Assembly: GCA_002269645.1 (NCBI GenBank) | Contig: NIVC01000994.1 | Coordinates: 124,001 to 188,000 of the forward strand | Length of the DNA: 64,000 bases | Reading direction: 5' to 3' | Source of the DNA: Macrostomum lignano | Lineage: Eukaryota | Shown here: in pieces, positions 61,115 to 64,000 of the stretch | How positions within the stretch are numbered: position 1 is the first letter of the stretch | How the letters are laid out: every line of letters starts with the position of its first letter | Made by a program: the position numbers and the translations under genes | Notes under the pieces: generated by a model | What the model saw: only the letters and a program-made list of their open reading frames with translations | Told to the model about the DNA's origin: nothing | Database searches by the model: none

Positions 61115-62267
61115 TCAGCAGGCAAGTGAGGCTCGCGGTCGGTACCTTTTAGCACTACCTGTCAGCACCAGCTGAAGACTGCCGCTCGCCGTTCGCTTTT
61201 TACTAGTCGGAGTCGGCGGCGGGCCGTCCTCGCCCTTCTTCTTCTCCCCCTCCTGCTGCGCCGTCCGACGCTGCCGCCAGCGCGACCGACGAAAGACGGG
61301 CGACGGATTGCGCTGATAAGCAGTGGCAGCGGCAGCGCTTCTAGAAGCCGGAAATATCGGCGACGGAATCTGCAGCAAAGCCGGAGCCGGCGAAATCTTC
61401 GTAGGTGGCAGCGGTGGTGGTGGCGGCGGCGGCGATAGAAATCCGGCATTATCACCAGAGTCGTCGCTGCTGAGATCGTCAATGTCGAAGCCGCCGATGC
61501 CGCCTCCACTATCCTCAACGTCGTGTTGATCGCAGCTGCCCACCACAGCTGTCTGAGTGACAAAGTCGGGAAAAGCGGCGGCCGCAGCAGCAGATTCGGC
61601 AACATCTTCACAGTCGTTCGGCCCGGGGGATGCACCGGGTCGTACGGGAGTCAAACAGCCAAAGCTCAGGCCCGATGTGCACAGCAGATCCGCTGGCCTG
61701 AGAAAGTCGACAATGTCATAAGAAGCATCTATGCATGTTTAGGCCTAAGTTAAAACTATTTAGCATTTTTTAGCTATTTGGCACTTACTCTTCCATACTG
61801 TCATTCCTTAGTTGAGATTCCGGCTGAAATTGTTAAGACAATGCTTTTATATAACAATGTCCAAGATGAGGCATTACTGCTCATTCCGCCGACTCCCCTG
61901 AGCAGGCACACAAGCGCACGGATACGTACATAGGCAGACCCAAGCCGAGATTCCAATCGAGCCCCAAATTAATGCGACTGCAATTGGAATCGAGCCTGGG
62001 CCGCTGGCACAGCTCCCCAACAAGCAACCCTACCTGGCAGTACTGTGTGACAGGCGCCATTGACATTGGCAACTGGCTTGGCCAGCTCTGCCCGCAGGCA
62101 AACTGCACCGCTGTTGGCTCAGCTATAGCATTCTCATCCTCAACTGGGACACCTTCATCTGACCTGCTATCATTGTGCCAGCCGTCAGCGCATTCACTTT
62201 CTGCATCATCATTGTAGCTGGCAAACAACTCAACTAGGGAGTCATTATTATCCAAGCCTGTAGAGGA
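61115..62267 (-). CDS. Last two exons of an unidentified acidic/Pro/Ser-rich low-complexity protein; upstream exons not located
   Basis: Exon 62267-61930 (tgttttcag|TCC ... CCT AT|gtacgt) joins in frame to exon 61697-61115 (tttctcag|G CCA GCG GAT), ending ...KRYRPRASLAC*. GC-rich coding-like composition; no domain recognised. Confidence 0.5.
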
Positions 62268-64000
62268 CTGAAAACAATTTGGTAGCAACAGTAAAAATAT
62301 GTATTTATCCCTGCATACTACCTATAAAATGATTAAAATTGTTTTTAATATAAAGTCATTTGTAAATGACTCCTTGGCTACAAAAAGGCTTACAAGTCTA
62401 TTTGATTTTTCAAATGCATAAGTGTGTGCTTGTTTCTCTTAGCATGCAAGAATTCCAATAAGGTCCTTGACTTAGCTTAGTTGGGTAATAAACCAGCAGG
62501 GCCAAACACTTATACATTGGTGCAAAGGGTAATAGATGATGGCCTAAGTCAAATGGCTCCTGTAATTTGGTTGGCTCATTTAGCATAGGGTGAGCAGCTA
62601 TGGTTTTGCCAAGAGAAATATTTATAGTTTATACAAGTATAAATCAAAGCATGCATATGTCCTTTAGGTCAATAAAAGAATCTTCTTACATTTATAATAA
62701 TGTAGTAAAGTTGCATTTTAGCATATTTCAAATCAAAGTTTAGACATTAGGGACCCTTATAAAAATAGCTATGGTTTATTAAAAAATATTTTAAAATGAC
62801 ACTTACAACTTTTCTAAACTATAAATGTTAGGGCCAAAAAATTTTATTAAACAGATTTGAGTGCCTTAAGAAAACAATTTTGTTGTTATATGTAGATTAT
62901 TAAGTTTATAGCACTTGCCCATATACTAGTAAACCAATTATAAAAGCCCTAATAGACCCAAGCTTTACTTTAAAATTTTATATAGTAAAAAAATATCTTG
63001 CAAATAATCCCTAGAGTTTTATCTCCTATTCTTTGTAATATAGGCTATTTTTCAATTTCTAATTTATTAAATTATGTGGTATAAGTTTTTGCTTGATTTA
63101 AGCTGATAAATTATTAATAAATATGGAATTGTATTTAAATTTATTTGTTAAAAAGCTGCTTTAAGTGACTTTATGACTTTTAGTGACTTTTCAACATATA
63201 ACTATTTAAAGTTGCCAAAAGATAGTCTATAAATGAAGTATTGAATGCAACATATTAAGACAAGTGAGTTTTTGAACAAAATAGAAAGGTCTAAATGATA
63301 AAATAGTTGATATCATGCAATTAGTGGCAGATCCAGGGTGAGGATAAAGAGGATAGCCACCCTATACCCCCCCTTTTGCCATAGCTAAACTTGCAAATAA
63401 AGAGGGAGTATTACAATTTTGGGCTTATTTGGGCCTTATTTTAACCTAGGGCTCTTTATTTTACTTTATTTTATATCTTGGGTTCTTAGCACTTTTTTAA
63501 ATTGAGACTTGCTCAAGAAAAAAGTCAAAATCAAAAATATCTTGCAAGATTAAGATCTTGTCTGAGCTCTAAATTGGAAATATCAAACTATTTACAAAAT
63601 ATATTAAAAAACGACAGACGCCATGCATTAAATTGCATACATTAAGCAATATACTATAGCCTGGGCTATATAGTCTAAACAGCTATTTTTGTTTATATTT
63701 AATAACTAATCGTTCAAGCATTCATTACATAAATAGCAGATAAAAAACAAAATATCCAATTAAAGAAAAAGTCATCCTTTAAACAGTCCCAGCTGGCCAG
63801 CCATACAGGTCGATCGGACGCATTTGTTTCCCCATTGATATTCGCATTGATATTCGAATTTTAACAAAAGCAAAATACTAAAAGCAACCCGTAGCATGAA
63901 ACTTTACACAGAGTAAACTGCAACTGTGAAACGACTATTGGTCAAGTTTCAGCTCGATATGTAACTTTGGCTCTGAGCAGGAGCGATTTTCGATGTGTTC

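Noticed and set aside
63322-63380. Complete MITE starting tagtggcagatccaggg
   Set aside because: Only one terminus is visible; I found no matching right end or TSD.

Overview
Eukaryotic, intron-rich animal DNA. GC-rich exons with poly-Ala/Gln/Pro runs sit among many minisatellites, a style that resembles the flatworm Macrostomum (inference, not verified). I reconstructed eight genes by hand from GT-AG junctions: the last exon of UCKL1 (+); a WW + 4x CUE-like protein (+); an eh1 + C2H2 zinc-finger factor (-); a 10-exon SLC6 monoamine-type transporter (+) with an apparent 1-nt frameshift; a sphingosine-1-phosphate phosphatase (-); a COMTD1/CCoAOMT-like O-methyltransferase (+) with an apparent frameshift; a ZU5-ZU5-UPA-death-domain protein (+); and the last two exons of an unknown low-complexity protein (-). 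Mobile DNA includes a full-length Chapaev3 transposon (TIRs, TAA TSD, intact 560-aa ORF), a tRNA-derived SINE, and several hAT- and pogo-like MITEs. About 30 tandem arrays cover a large part of the window. Most large introns carry a private array, usually anchored close to a splice site. Most long ORFs in the supplied track are artefacts of these arrays.
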